Positions 1 through 13,964 of a stretch of 64,000 nt of DNA are shown one piece after another. Numbering within the stretch: position 1 is the stretch's first letter; each line of letters begins with the position of its first letter. The stretch is from Trichinella spiralis (Eukaryota). The position numbers were made by a program, and so were the translations under genes. Where the stretch lies: contig NW_003526948.1 in the NCBI RefSeq assembly GCF_000181795.1, positions 1,253,444 to 1,317,443 on the forward strand, read 5' to 3'. Below the pieces are notes generated by a model, which saw only the letters and a program-made list of their open reading frames with translations, was not told the origin of the DNA and did not search any database.

Positions 1-20
1 AACCTAAAAAACTATTTCAG

Positions 21-893
21 CAAAATATCGTATTCAAAGTGAATCATTAGAGTCACTTTGGTTTCCAACAAATGAAATCATGAAACGCCTAAGAAAAATA
101 TACAGCAGCGATGATTTTGAAATTAAGCTGACAAGCGATATTCCTTTAAAAGAATATTTTTCAATAGTTGAAAACTTTGTACAAGTAAACACAAACTCGA
201 AAAGTTGAATAAAGCTCACTACAATGAATCAATGACATTCATTGCAGCTAACAGAGAAACGTTCTGCCAAACGTACTTTGATTAATAAAAAGGCCGTTCA
301 GGTACGAATAGTTCAACGTCAGTTTTTCATTAAACTAAAAGACATCCATTCCGGATCGTTGGCTGATCTTCATCAGGTGTTGCAGCAAATGAATAAAGAA
401 GTAAGCATTCATCATAAAATTCGTTGAGGCTTCATTTTCTTAATGTTTCAGATAATTCACTTATTAGAAGAACATTCTAAAATTAATGCTTCACTGAAAA
501 CTGCTTTAAATGCTCTTCGAGCAGGAAATCACTTGATGTCTACACTTATATGCTACAGTTATAACCTGAAAGGACGAGAAATGGAAAGCGTTGCAAAAGT
601 TTTGGAAATATCTCCGGATGATGCATTTGGAGAGGTAAATATCACCCCCTGAATGCATTTTCAAATAATAACTATTTTAGAATTGGCTACCAAATGTGAT
701 TGCAGGGTTGGAATCTCTTCAACAGTCAGCGGATAATCCGAAAAATGTAACACTTTCAGCTTATGAAGAAACTTCAGCTAACGAGTATTCGCTGTTTGAG
801 CAACTATTAACTTCTTTAGTAAAAAAATTACAATCTGGGGAGAAGTTAACTTTGTATGAAGATAGTCCTGCAAATTTGAAACAATCTAATTGA
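21..893 (+). CDS. bbs-9: BBSome subunit BBS9/PTHB1, last four exons (5' part lies outside the window); exons approx. 21-184, 248-400, 452-634, 681-893
   Basis: Spliced translation KYRIQSESLESLWFPTNEIMKRL...IPLKEYFSIVENF...KAVQVRIVQRQF resembles the BBS9 C-terminal region (RYRIQSEQFEDLWLITNELILRL...IPLQEYF...RAVQFRAIQRRL, recalled from human). The GT-AG junctions keep frame. Confidence 0.8.
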
Positions 894-1184
894 CATTATA
901 CCAATTTTAGTGATCATTTTTGAGCTCAATAAAAGTTCTCGCAAAGCAAAGTTTTCTTTCACGGCATACAACTGTAACAAGTTTAATTCAAAATATAAAA
1001 AGCATTAAAAGCAATTAATTATTCTTCACTTACCTTGACTGTCAGCTTTAGTTTTACAATTGATTAGAATTAAAGCGTCGCTTAAAGCAAAAAGTTGACT
1101 GCTTTCATTAAAGATAGTTTTAATTTTCATTTTGATTAACAGTTTAAATTCAATTCTGCTCAGTTCATTATTATTAGTAGAAAC

Positions 1185-1221
1185 AGTAGTAGCCGTAGCA
1201 GTAGTAGTAGTAGTAGTAGTA
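1185..1221. repeat. (GTA)n microsatellite
   Basis: Directly visible. Confidence 0.85.
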
Positions 1222-2973
1222 AATTTATAGTTATTGTTATATCATTACTCCAAATGATAGCAATTTTTAATACCTATTTGAGGGATGTAAAATTCCGTAA
1301 TTGATTAAATGTTAGACGATTTATTGAAGCTGTCCTTTGTCCAATTACTGATTTTTAATCACCATGAAAGCAGCATATTCCATTTCCCTAACGTTAACAA
1401 GAAATGCATATATATATATATACGTATAATAATTTAACAGTTTCAAAGGAAAAATTTAGTAAAATTTCAAAATATCAAAATTTTACAATTAGTAGCCATC
1501 GGAATATGATCAGGTGTTAGCATTAAAAAAACTGCAATCATCATGCATGCATCGTTTGTATGATAAAGATTTTATAAAACGCATAGTTGGATAATAATTT
1601 TAACAATGAACAATCATTGTATTGCTTAAATTTCGCAGTGTCTTGAAGAATGCGAAGATAATGTATAACTGTGATGAACAGAACGGCTTTAAAAACTGGA
1701 TAGAAAATGGAATAACATGAACAGTAGGAAAGATTAATAGCAACTATAGAAAACGAAATAGGATAAACCCGAAGCAGGTTTCATTCAGTTGATTCAAAAA
1801 TATATTGATTGCTCTTTGCAATGTAATAATCATCATTTATCATTATCGTAATCACAGATCATTTCTTGATCACTTGTTGAAAAACAACGGCTGCATTGAT
1901 TGTAAAATGAAAAATAAAAAAGTAAAATAGAAATGAAAACAATTTTTTACAATCAGTGAAGTACAAATCAGCCGAACAGTATACTGCTTGTAGTGAAGAA
2001 CAAGAAAAAATATTGCAGCTGAAAAAATCTGCCATCAATGGATGTCAAGTGTAAAATTTTCAGATAATAATTAAGAAAGAAAGAAGGAAACAGCTTTTAA
2101 AATGGCACATTGCTCGTAATTGATTGTGTGCAAAGTTTAAGATTGACGTAATAAAAGAATAAAATGACTTCATTACTGCACACTGAACAGCAGCAGTTTG
2201 AAAAAATGAAAACATAATTAAAATGTGAATTGAAGAATTAACAACTTCCAGAATTTTATAAAGAATACAATTTCATATTGTCAATACATTAGCCTGCCTG
2301 AAGCAGCAGTAATGGATATTTCAAATCCACTTGATCTTCAATCATCTATTCCATAACCCTAAAAAAGATCGACTTATCTGTATTAACATATAATAACATA
2401 TAATGCAAGATGTTATTTAGCATATTGATCCTCGTTATTGTTATTATTATTATTATTATTATTATTAATTTAGACGCAAATAAACCCTTCAAAATATTGC
2501 ACTAGCATGCAACTATGTAAAGCGCCGGTGAAGTCCGCAACATGAAAAAGTTGACTGTGTAAAACACTGCTTCAACAATACAGTCGACTGTACAGCAGTA
2601 CAATTTCTATCACAGAACATCGCTTCAGTACAATTACAGACAAGAAGAAGATAAATATAATATAAGATGTAATGAAAGAGACAACTGTCACCATGCACCA
2701 AACAGACGTTTAACACTAAGGTTACCCATGAGAAGGATACTGTCAGATCGCTTAGAATTCACAGGATAGTTCAATTTTTCACAGACCATCACAGTAGAAA
2801 TGACGCTTCTTTTTCCTACGCTCCTTGTAGATGAAAGCCATTTCGATTGAATGTGAAAAAGCTAAGCTGCGGCTTGACATTATCAAATTAAAAGCAAAAA
2901 GACAATCTGTTGTCAGCGTAAACTATTTGTTAACCCACCCCTTACTTGTCAGTGTTCGAAATATAGTAGCAGA

Positions 2974-5900
2974 TTAGTACGGTTTGCCGACGTCTTTGGG
3001 TCTTTTCAGCTGCACTTTCAATCGCTTCATGCCAATCTGAAATCCGTTCATTGCATGGATTGCCGCTTGAGCGCTAACAGCATTGTCAAAACTGACAAAT
3101 CCTGAAACAAATAAACAAACAACCAAGCCATGTTTGTTCTTTATTTTTCTCGTTATTCAATTCAAAAAGCCTAAGTGAAATGATTAATTCATTTTTTTTG
3201 CAAATTTAACAGTGCCGTCCGTGCGCCGTGCACAAATGCAATAATAATATTGAACATTACGATCAAATATAACAACATATAATACAATTTTTAGCATTCC
3301 GTCTCAAAACTGAGTCTTCTATTTATCGCCATGCAGTGCGTGAAACTTCAATTAACATTTATATTGATTCAAAATCAATAACAACGCAATATCGATAATT
3401 TTGCATATTATTCCACTTCATTTCTAATCGCTTAGTTTAGTGAAGATATAGAACACAAAAACGGCAATGTTCACTTGATCATTTTCTTTTAAAAACTCTA
3501 CTCATATATATACATATATATGCAAATTGTACAAGTGACCGTTCTTTGTTTCAACTTCAATAATCAGCAAGTGGAACTTTAAGTTTAATTCAAATAAGCC
3601 TTAATGATAATGTAAGCTAACCAAGTTTACCCTATTGAACATTTTAATAAAATGTCAACGGAGTGAAAATAATGTAAAAAAGAAAGGAAAGAGTCCATTT
3701 TTGCATGGAATTTCACATTTCTCTATTCCAACAACTTACCAAAGCATTTGCTTTGATTTGTCGCTCGATCGATAAATACTTTTGCTGAGATGACAGGGCC
3801 AAAGGGCATAAACATTTGCATCAGTTCAGCATCGCCAAATTCTTGTGGTAAATGGTAGATAAACAAATTGCAGCCATCCGGCCCTAAAATGCAATAACAT
3901 TTGTGCGATTTAAAATTTGCATACACTGATTGATAAGATAATTTTCAACTAATTGTTAACCAATATTATTATTCACGTTCATGAAACGCCTCATTTGGAA
4001 AATTGTGATTATTAATTTTGAAAATTCTTTTATAATTTTAAAATAAAAAAAAACAATAATATTAATTCGCAATTAAGAATTAATAATTAAACAGACTGTA
4101 CTTAATTCGTATTTAATCACACATTAAATTACAAAATTTACCTTCTTTTTGAGTTTGTTGAAACAAAGTTGCGTGTTGAGCAGCAATTACTTGCTGGAAT
4201 GCTTGGCCATAAGCAGCTGGGTACGCTGAAAAGAGGAAAATTTGTTTTCAACAAAATGCATACAATTAGCCAATCAATGTCAATCGATAGCGTTAAATGA
4301 AAAAAAAAATTTTTTTTTCTTGTCATACTTGCTGCATTTTGATCATAAACAAATTGCGGTGTTCCTGTAGTATATGCTTGCAAAGTAGCAGGAAATGGAG
4401 TGTTAGCAGAATTTGGATTTTGAGATAAATTTTCACCATTGGTAGCTAAAAGTGAAAAGTATATTTCAAATATTGACAATAATGGAATTGTTGCAAAGTG
4501 TTGTAAAAATTTTACGCGAATATTGAGTGATACCATTCGAATAAACAGCTTCTCCTCCAGGTGTAGCAGCTTGAGTAACCGCCACAGGTAATGCTGTAAA
4601 CGCCGACGGTGATGGAATATTTCCTGCAATAGCACCATTCAATGACTGAGCTGCTGCAGCTTGAGCGGAAATGGGCACTGAAAAACAAAATATCTTCCAA
4701 TTCCACTTGTTGACTTGGAGCATAAAATGCGCTATGCGTATGTGTATATAATTTTTTACCCATTTTACCCAGTAATGAAAACTTCGGTGCTGCAAAAATT
4801 AGTTTTATAAATTAAAAATACTTTTGCAGCACTCGAAAATTATTAACAATATTACCCGTACCGGCACTTGGCAATATCGGTCCGGCTGCAATGGGCGCAA
4901 GTGAAAATGCGGTGCCAGGAGCTACGGCTACCGGTGCTAAATAAGCTGCTGCACCTTGAGCTGCTGCCGTGTTCGCTATCAGTGCAGCTTGTTGATTGAT
5001 AATCTGGAAAAAAAGAAGAGCATTAATAAATTATTAATTTGTGAAAAACTTTTAGAACAAAACAACAAAGAAAAAGAAGCGATATAGAAAAAAAATATGT
5101 ACATGACAAATGCAAGCAATTTGATTGCATTGCGGAAATTGAGATAAACAATTACCTGTTGATAAGCGGCATTATAAGCTCCAATTTGATTCAACACAAG
5201 TGGATTGATAAAACCCATCTGCGCGGCCATCTGCTGCATTCTGCGTAATTGGCGCTCTTTCTCGGTATCAGCAAATTTAACTACCAAACTTGAAGATGCG
5301 CCCTGAAAGATACATTTTTTTTCCTTTAAATAATATAAAAACAGTAACTTTACATTCAAACCAACTCACCGGCATTGTTTGACTACCGTGGAGAGCGGCA
5401 ATAGCAGCTTGAGCTTCTAGATGACAGCTAAACTTTACAAAGGCACAACCTTAAATTAAAAAAATGTGAGGATAAATAAGTAATTTGAATGAAAAATATT
5501 TCACCAGAAGAAAAAAAAATAGTAGTACCTTTGCTGGTTCCATCTGGGCCTCTCAAAACGGTGCATTCTTCAACATGACCATGCGGTTCCATCAAGTGGC
5601 GCAAATCGTCTTCCGTTTGCTGCTTGGAAAGCATGCCGACAAAAAGTTTACGATCCTCTGAAAATTACACAGAATAAAAAATCGTATCATTTGCATTTTT
5701 TTTTCAAAATAATTACCTCCACGACTTTCACTGTCAGCGGGTTTGACTTGCATAGGACGATTCATCTGAAATGAGCGAACAGTTGAAAATTTGCTGATTG
5801 CAGTAGTTGAAATTTCACATGCATAAATTCAATAGAAAAAGCAACAATCATTGCAAACAGTGCAGAAGAAACGTATGGAATAGTTCGCGAAATCAAAAGT

Positions 5901-6464
5901 AGCACGCAAATTTATTCTGATACGTGAATGTGTGTTTTAATTAAAAAAAATGTTTTTTCTGAAAATCAGAGCTGCAAATCAAACTATAATAAATAATTTA
6001 AAAAATTATAAACACAATGGATTGTATAAACAAAGATGGAGAAGAAGATTCTTTTTTTGTTACAATGCCAGCAATTTCGTTGCTCGTTGTTTTGCTAACA
6101 AAAAAAAGTAAAATGAAAAATTATTTTTTTTTTGCAATCGGCTGAAACTGTTCAGATTAAAAATCACCATTGGAGATAAAGTTGATTTTATTTTCTGAAC
6201 GAGTGCAAATGCTTTTTTGGAAGAATGAGCCATAATTTCCAGTAGTTGGTCAGTGAGTGGAATTTAGCAAGTGCAATCTTGGAGGAGTAGGGGATGTTTA
6301 ATTTTATAGAACCTGACCATTGTCGCTTGTCTGCACAAGCTGCTAGAAAAATTCGATTTTTTTTATTATGGGAAGAACCGAGCTCATGATGATGATGATG
6401 ATGATGATGATAGAGTATTGATTTTTTCTTCAAAGAACAGCAAGTGAGATGAATAGATATTTGC

Positions 6465-6495
<31 letters not shown>

Positions 6496-6501
6496 ACAAG
6501 C

Positions 6502-6545
<44 letters not shown>

Positions 6546-9500
6546 CAGTGGTAACAGTAATAGCAATAGTAGTAGTAGTAGTAGTAGTGGGATAGCTTTT
6601 TTTCTAAAAAAAATGTTAAAAGAACACATTGCCTATTAAAGAATATTATCGTTAAATTGACTATTTTATTCAAGTATTTATCTGTACCTTTGTGTGTATA
6701 GTTTTGAATAAAATTAAAAAAAATAAAAAATGAACCTAGAAATCAATAGATAAAAATGGTCAGCTGAAGCTGTTGGATACTTTACAAGGTGAAAATATTG
6801 CCAAGTTGTTGGTATGGTGGTAGAAAATAAAAAAAAGTATTGTTACAGCTAAGCCAGCATTGTCGAACGCAGCAGCAATTCTATGGTTAGAAAATTGTTT
6901 AAGCGGAAGTCAGTTGGTGAAAAGCAAGATTGATTTCTTTTAGTCTTGACAATTGGTTTTGAATTTGAAGGTCATCAGTTTGCGGGACGTTGAACATGAA
7001 GCCCCATGAACCAATGGTGTCCGCGTGAAGCTAGCCAAAATTTGCAAAAGCTCATTTGGACAGAAATAATAGATTGCCGTCTGGGGACAACAGCGACACC
7101 AGTGATGCCAGTTGCTTAAAGCCATTACCATCTGCTCACCTCATATGTCCTCGTCGGTCGACGGTTTTGCACAATGAAGCCGCTCAAAAAGCTGAACGGC
7201 CCACCACTAAACTACAATAACCAACACGCAAGCAAGACAATAACATCGTCATTGCCGCGTCTGCTCAATCCCTTCTCCTCTCATTGGCAATAACTGCTAC
7301 TTACTTCATTGTGAAGCAACCGACAAAGCTGATCATTTTCTAATTTTCAATACTCGATTATTCTACTATTTTTTTTAATCATCGATGTCATTAATAAACC
7401 TACTTTATTATTATTCTTTTTTATAAATAATTCTTATAATATATTTATTTTTTGTCTTTTTCAATCAATTTATCAAAGCAGTGCAGTTTTAAATTTTACA
7501 ATCTACAATAAATTTTTCTTTTCATGTTTCAATTACAAGGATGGAAAAAATGTATCATTTAACGATTGATTATTTTCGAAAAAGATGGCATTTTTCTGTA
7601 CTATTAAAAAAAAGCAAACTTTATAATGAGGATCAATTGAAATGAAATTCTAGAGTAGAAGATGAAAATAGTAGATGATAGAGAACAACAAGAAGTTGGA
7701 TATTAATTAATGCCAAATCACTTACGCGTTTGTTTCATGCACTCAGTTTGTTTTGATATCGTGAAATTCGCGACATTCAAACAACAAATGACAGTGGAAG
7801 AAGATAAATTGGACACACGCTTCTGAATTTGAAGAAAGATTTGAAATAAAGAAAATCAAGATCATCATCTAATTTTAGAAATCCTTTCAAGTTGTTACGT
7901 ATTTGAAAATTTAATCCATTCACTACGTCCGTGGTAAAGAGGTGTCAACTTATTATTATTATTATTATTAATTTTCTTCTTGCTTGTCATGCTTCTGTGT
8001 AATAAAAGTTGAAAAACAATTTTGACTGAACAACAACTGACAAGAAATATATGACATGGATAAGAAATTTTTGGAAAATTGAAAGAAAAAAAATAATAAG
8101 TTGAAAAGATGCAAAAGTTGTCAATTTTTAAATTGCAAAATTTAATAAACTATTTTGCTATTATGAATCGTTGGAAAGAAAAAAAAAGTAATTTTACAAT
8201 GATCCCGATTTTTGTTCTTGTTTGAAAAAAAATTCTCGACAAACAAATGACGTCATCAAGTTGTGTATAAATTGAAATTTGAAATGTTCGTGATAAAAAT
8301 TTTATAAATTATTTTTTTGTTTAATAAAAAATTAAATTAAGTGGAAAATGGGAAATTACCTTTTGGTGAATGAGGAAAAAGTTCGCTGTTGCATCGAGTA
8401 GAAAAGGGAGTACGCGTTGGGAACCAAAATGGCGGGTCGGTTTTTTTCCGCGTTTTGAGAAAGATAAGACGAAGACGAACAAAACCGGTTTGTCGTTGGA
8501 TAAACGACCGAAAATCGATTGGAGAGTTTACAGAAAATGGAAGAACTGATACAAAGATGAGCAAATGGAGAACGAAAGAGAGCGAAAGAAAGTAAGAAAG
8601 AAAGAAAGAGTAGCCAGTTCCTGCGACATGAAATGGCAAGTGGAAGAAGAAAATCGAACCCAGATAAAAAAAAAGATTGCCGTTTCCATTCTACGCTGGT
8701 TGAATATGAATAACAAAAAGCAGCACAGATTTTTCAACAACATATAAAACTTCGATTCAATAGAAAAACGTCAAAGTTTCAACTTTTTTTTATCAACAAA
8801 AAATAATAAATCAGAATATTATTTTTGTTTGTTGATATTTCTTTCATGTTTGCATTTGTAAAAGTTTTTTGCATATATTCTTTTTTGTCAGTTAACTTTT
8901 GCTGATGCTCGGATTATGGTAGATGTTTCGAAAATTGTCGTGAATGTGCGTTTGAAAAAAGGAGAAAAAACTAATAATAATAATAATAATAATAACCAAC
9001 GTCGATCGATTGTAGAACAAATCAATAATAATCCGCAGAAATGCTTCATCATGCCCTGATGATGATGATGTTTTTATTCAAAAAACAGTTTCCAACTGTC
9101 GACTGAATTGTCAATGAAAAGTCGACTGTGGACGGCAACAAACCAACCCAAACAACAAAACAATTAATTTTCACTTACTCCTGGTAGCGTCTTTTGATCA
9201 TGCAGTACCGCTTGACAGCGTAGGGCGCTTTCGCGATGGCAATAAGTCAAAAATGCACATCCTGAAATAAAAATTATATCAAGTGAATTTTCACTTTTTC
9301 ATTCTAACCTTTATGCATGCCGGTAAATTTATCTTTCAAAATTGTAAATTCGTATATTTTGCCGAATTGTTCAAATAATGTCCGAAGATCTTTCTCTTCT
9401 AAATTTCGTGGTATTTGTCCAACGAATAATTTGATCGCATCCGCATCTTTGATCGGAAAACCGTTACTGTCGACACTGCTTGCGTTGCTCATCAAGCCGG

Positions 9501-9591
9501 GACTTGTGGTCGATTCGACGCTGCTGAACGAACGACACAAAGGATCCATGGGACTTTGACCAGTCGGCTTTGTATTATCTTGTTGAACCAT
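2974..9591 (-). CDS. unc-75: CELF/Bruno-like RNA-binding protein with 3 RRMs (CELF3-6/UNC-75 type), about 12 exons
   Basis: RRM1 [22 protein letters not shown]2 [16 protein letters not shown], linker [29 protein letters not shown]3 [26 protein letters not shown]-terminus [18 protein letters not shown] at 9591; a 3.4-kb intron 2 spans 5766-9178. Confidence 0.93.
6385..6590. repeat. Compound microsatellite (TGA)n, (TA)n, (TAG)n in CELF intron 2
   Basis: Directly visible tandem repeats. Confidence 0.95.
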
Positions 9592-9930
9592 AATCCGCCG
9601 ACAGTTCGACGATAAAAACAAGCCCAAAACTGAACAGCTAATGACAACTGATCAGCTCAAGGTTTGTCAACACGCAGCGGTAAAGAGCAACGGCCACTCC
9701 CTGCCCAGTGAACAAACAACGTTCAGTGCTTTCCGAGACTCATTAATAATTGTCGTCGTTTTTCTCTCTGCTCTGCGTCGTTTCCATGGTTTTGACCAAT
9801 AAAAGCATCCCCATCGATTTGGCATCCGATCCAATAGGCGGAGCTTCGACATCAAGCACGCCAAACGGTCGATCGAAGGAACCCCAACAGATGGCCAAGG
9901 CATTGGCACTCTCGTATTCGATTTTTCCTC

Positions 9931-9954
9931 CACACACACACACACACACACACA
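9931..9954. repeat. (CA)n microsatellite upstream of the CELF gene
   Basis: Directly visible. Confidence 0.9.
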
Positions 9955-11499
9955 CCACACTACACACTACTCACTTGCTATTCAAGCAATAATAATAATA
10001 ATCTCGGCCGTCCTTGCTGCATCCATGCGTTGCGTGTCTTGTCAGTTTTCTATTTCAGCGCGGTTTTGAAAATCGATCGACCGCAAGCTTGCTTATTAGT
10101 TTATTTATTCGACTGGCGACAATTCTGCCAGACCAGACCAGACAATTCTACTTTTCACTCATTTACTACCACAATCGACCACAATTCTTCTCCAACTTCT
10201 ACGCAACTTTATGCAAATTATGCAACACTATCTGCATACTTATTTCCACTTGCCATTTTGTAAACAAACAAAACTTGTTGTTCATTTGCAATTTTTTTTC
10301 CACATTGAAAAATTACCCTACGTTTATAATTACTAATTCGTTTTAATTTGATTTACTGTTTTTTTTTGTTATTGAAGAAAAATTTCTACAAAACGAATAA
10401 TGAATTTCATAACAAAAAATAAACAGGAAAAAAATTTCAATTTTAAAACTTTTAAATTATCGTTTGTTATATTTTTGTTCAAATTGATGTTCAGTAAATT
10501 ATTTTCATCATTATGCATAAATGAATCGAAAATAAATATCAAATTATTAAATTACATTGTCTATTATTATTAAATAATAAAATTAAATACAACTATTATC
10601 GGTTTTGTAATATGCACTTGCTTTCTATGGCAAATTGTAAAGTTTGCAGATTAAAGTATATACAATTTGGCGGCAGTCGTTGTGATTGGTCGATTTGAAT
10701 TTTCGGTAACGCCTATTGTTCTACATTGTTTAGCACTTTTAATTATGCTACAACTTTCTGTCGTGCAGCGTATCACTCTATTTCTATATTAAAAAAATAA
10801 TAATAAATAAACTGCCGTCACTGACAAATCAGAATTAATTAATAAAAAAATCTGGTCCCACTTGTTTATTTGCTCTGGTTTTATATTTTAATAATCGAAA
10901 ATTGATAAAATAATCAATTGTGCACCGTTTTTTAATTTATCATTTTATCAGAAAACAAAAATGGATAATTTATAGACATTTCCAACTATGCGATCGAAAT
11001 TTTAATAACTTTTTTATGGAATAACACCTGCATTACATATTAAAGCCGACAGTATGTTCATGGTTTACAGAATGCATTGTTGATTCATAAAATTTTCTGT
11101 TTACGCCAAAGTATTCCATTGCGGACGGTGCAGTTGATGTTTGATTGATCTGTTGTGCTCGTCTCTTGGTTTTTTTAATTATAAATAGTAAGTATCCGCT
11201 TAAGCGGAATGAGTATTTTTCAAGAATATGAATCGATTTTATATTATCATCAGTCATAAAGTTTCTCATCCCAGCACTGCCACCATTGCTTGAAAATTGT
11301 TCTAATGGAAACAGTGCGCCTGGATTTTATGAGCATTTTATGTTGTTAGCCAAAGGGTTTTTTTCAAATTTCTTTTGTTTCTTTCATTTACAGTTCTAAT
11401 GGTCAGTTGTGTATATTCATAATTTTTATTGTTCCGTTTTGTGTTAATTCAAATGATTAACATGTTTATTATATTAGAAAGTGATTTTATCAGTTGACA

Positions 11500-12724
11500 A
11501 TGGCTTCAGCGGGTGGTGAGAAAGACTTTTACGAAATTTTGGGAGTGGAACGAACGGCGTCCGAATCCGAGATTCGAATGGCCTACCGTAAATTGGCTCT
11601 TCGTTACCATCCGGATCGTAATCCAGGCTCGCAAGAGGATGCGGAAAAATTTAAAGAAATTTCCGTAGCCTATGCGGTGCTTTCCGATTCGAACCGTCGC
11701 CATCGCTACGATCTCACAGGGCCGGCAGATTCGTTGAAAGAGTTCGAAGTTATTGATCCAAGCGAGTTGGGCTATTTGGGAAGAGCTTTCGGTGCGCTTT
11801 TCACGCAGCTCAACATTCCAATTCCGACAACAATTTCGCCCAAGGTTATCAGCATGGCCGAGCAAATCATAAAAAGCAACTTTTCCACCGACATTCCTGT
11901 AGAAACTTTAAACTTCGGCTGCGTATCCAATTGTCGCGTTGTTACCCGTGAGGCGAAGTTTTATCGAATCTCGTAAGTGTATACATATATAATTTTGCTC
12001 GTTTCTGCAAATTCTATAATGTGTCAATTTCAGCATATCAGAAGAGGATTGCAAGAAGGGTATAATAATTTCGTGCCGATCGACAGACATGAGCAAGTTC
12101 AAATTAATCTTGTTCGACAAAGAAGGATGTGTGCGAACAATGTGGGAAAGTCAGAAGCTGAAACGTTACACGTCGGCAGAGGCGTTTTCATTGCCGTTCG
12201 ATGTGGTGCGAATAACGAATGTGTTCGAATTGAATGTTCTGCGAGAATTCGACAAAGAGGTTCCAATTCAATTTCACCTTCTGGATGGTTTGCAGACAGC
12301 CCAGAATATTAAAATACAACCCGGTGAACATCTGATATGTATTTTCGGTGACAACTGGTTCAAAGATACCAACGTCAAGGTGAAACTGTTGACTGCCGAA
12401 TGCGACACGGTTGCTTTTCAAACTATACGAAAATGTGAGGAAAATTTGAAAAATTACAAAGAAGAGATGAACAATTTTAAAACGGAATTTCTCGACGCTA
12501 AGAAACGCTACGAAACGGCAGTGGCGAAGTTGGAAAATTATGGCAAAGAAATCACCGACAATTTGTCTCGTCGAGAAAGCGCTTACGCAGAATTTGTGGA
12601 CTCTTCTGCTGCAAAATACGTTATGAAAGTGGAAAAAAAGCAAAAAAATTACGGAGGCGGTCATTTGTTTAATAATATTTTCGATGCTATTACTAGTGGT
12701 ATTCCAAAAAATAGTAAACATTAA
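11500..12724 (+). CDS. dnj-16: DnaJ/Hsp40 J-domain protein (dnj-16-like); exons 11500-11972 and 12034-12724
   Basis: N-terminal J domain DFYEILGV...[15 protein letters not shown] with the HPD motif, followed by SKFKLILFD and FGDNWF motifs and a C-terminal coiled coil. One phase-2 GT-AG intron joins the two ORFs. Confidence 0.85.
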
Positions 12725-13302
12725 AAATTTGATTAAGTAAATTTTCTTTTTGTAAAATATACATTACCAGTGCTGTGTGTTGTTCATTCACAACTTCTGC
12801 ATTCTTCCGATTGTGATCTCAGATGCGCTGATATATATATATATTTATTTATATTTACTGTAAATGTTTCAATTTCATCCTCCTTTCATAGATAGCAGTG
12901 TCAGTGAATGAAAACAAATCATACCATCATCATGATTCATATGGCTTTTTGTTTGTATACTTTATGCGAAGGTGCAATTTTGAAAAAAAAACAGAATTAT
13001 TGTGAGATGCTTGAATGTTCTTTTCGTTGAAAAATTTCACGTCATAAATTATTCTCACCAAACTATTTTACTGCGACAAGTTGTTAAAAACCAACATCAC
13101 AAAGCACAAAAGTATTATTTATACCTTCGGGATAAAACTTTCCGTGTATGTAGTAGTTAGTATATAGAACAGTGCAAAAAACTTTTCCCGTAATAAAATG
13201 TTGCATGCCGGACTTCCAGATGGTGTCGCAATCGTCCCCAAAAAACCATGGAAATCAACAAATCTTCAGATGTCCAATAAAAATTAAAAACCAAACCAAG
13301 CT

Positions 13303-13964
13303 TTACTTTTGTTTCCCTTTAGCTTTCTTCTTCTCTTCTTTCTTTTTGTGCTTGCTTTGCAAAGTATTGATCAATTTGTACACCACAATGCCTTAAGTAA
13401 GTAAATGCTCTGACATAAATACTGGGATCAAACAATGCGTATCTAACGACAAAACAAAAGCTATTTACATTAAAGAAACCGAAACAAATCAATTGCATGC
13501 ACATTGAACAACACACAGTTACTATAAAAAATCTTCCTAGGAGCTTCAATTCTGTTTAGTTTCTGCATATTAATGCCCTGTTCACATATGAAAATCAAAC
13601 TTATAAATGTAAGTATAAAAATTCTATTCAAATTCAATAAATATATACCTAGAAGTGCAAAGCAATAACAGCCTCACTGCCAATATCGATAAAAATAACA
13701 AGAACATACACTATTTTTAAAGTTTAACAACAAAACAAAATGCAAAATTCAATTCACCTCCGAACTTAATCTGCTGAAATCAATAATCAAAGCCAGCAAG
13801 CCTGACCAAAAATGATGACCATGAATTATCAATAACTACATTCTGAAATTTACGAAAAAAAACCACTTACCAACAATAATGAGAACAATTACCGCAGGAA
13901 TAATAAAAACTGTATTGCTGATTTTGTGAGAATGCGGTGACTGGCTACCATCTAGATCAACCAT
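13303..13964 (-). CDS. Predicted 60-aa single-pass membrane microprotein; exons 13964-13871 and 13391-13303
   Basis: The ATG exon ends at a consensus G|GTAAGT donor. Joining it to the ttaag|GC acceptor gives MVDLDGSQSPHSHKISNTVFIIPAVIVLIIVGIVVYKLINTLQSKHKKKEEKKKAKGKQK*, a continuous hydrophobic helix across the junction followed by a Lys-rich tail. Confidence 0.7.

Noticed and set aside
6188..6673. Poly-His/Leu/Tyr ORFs (also 60711-61079)
   Set aside because: These are translations of intronic microsatellites.
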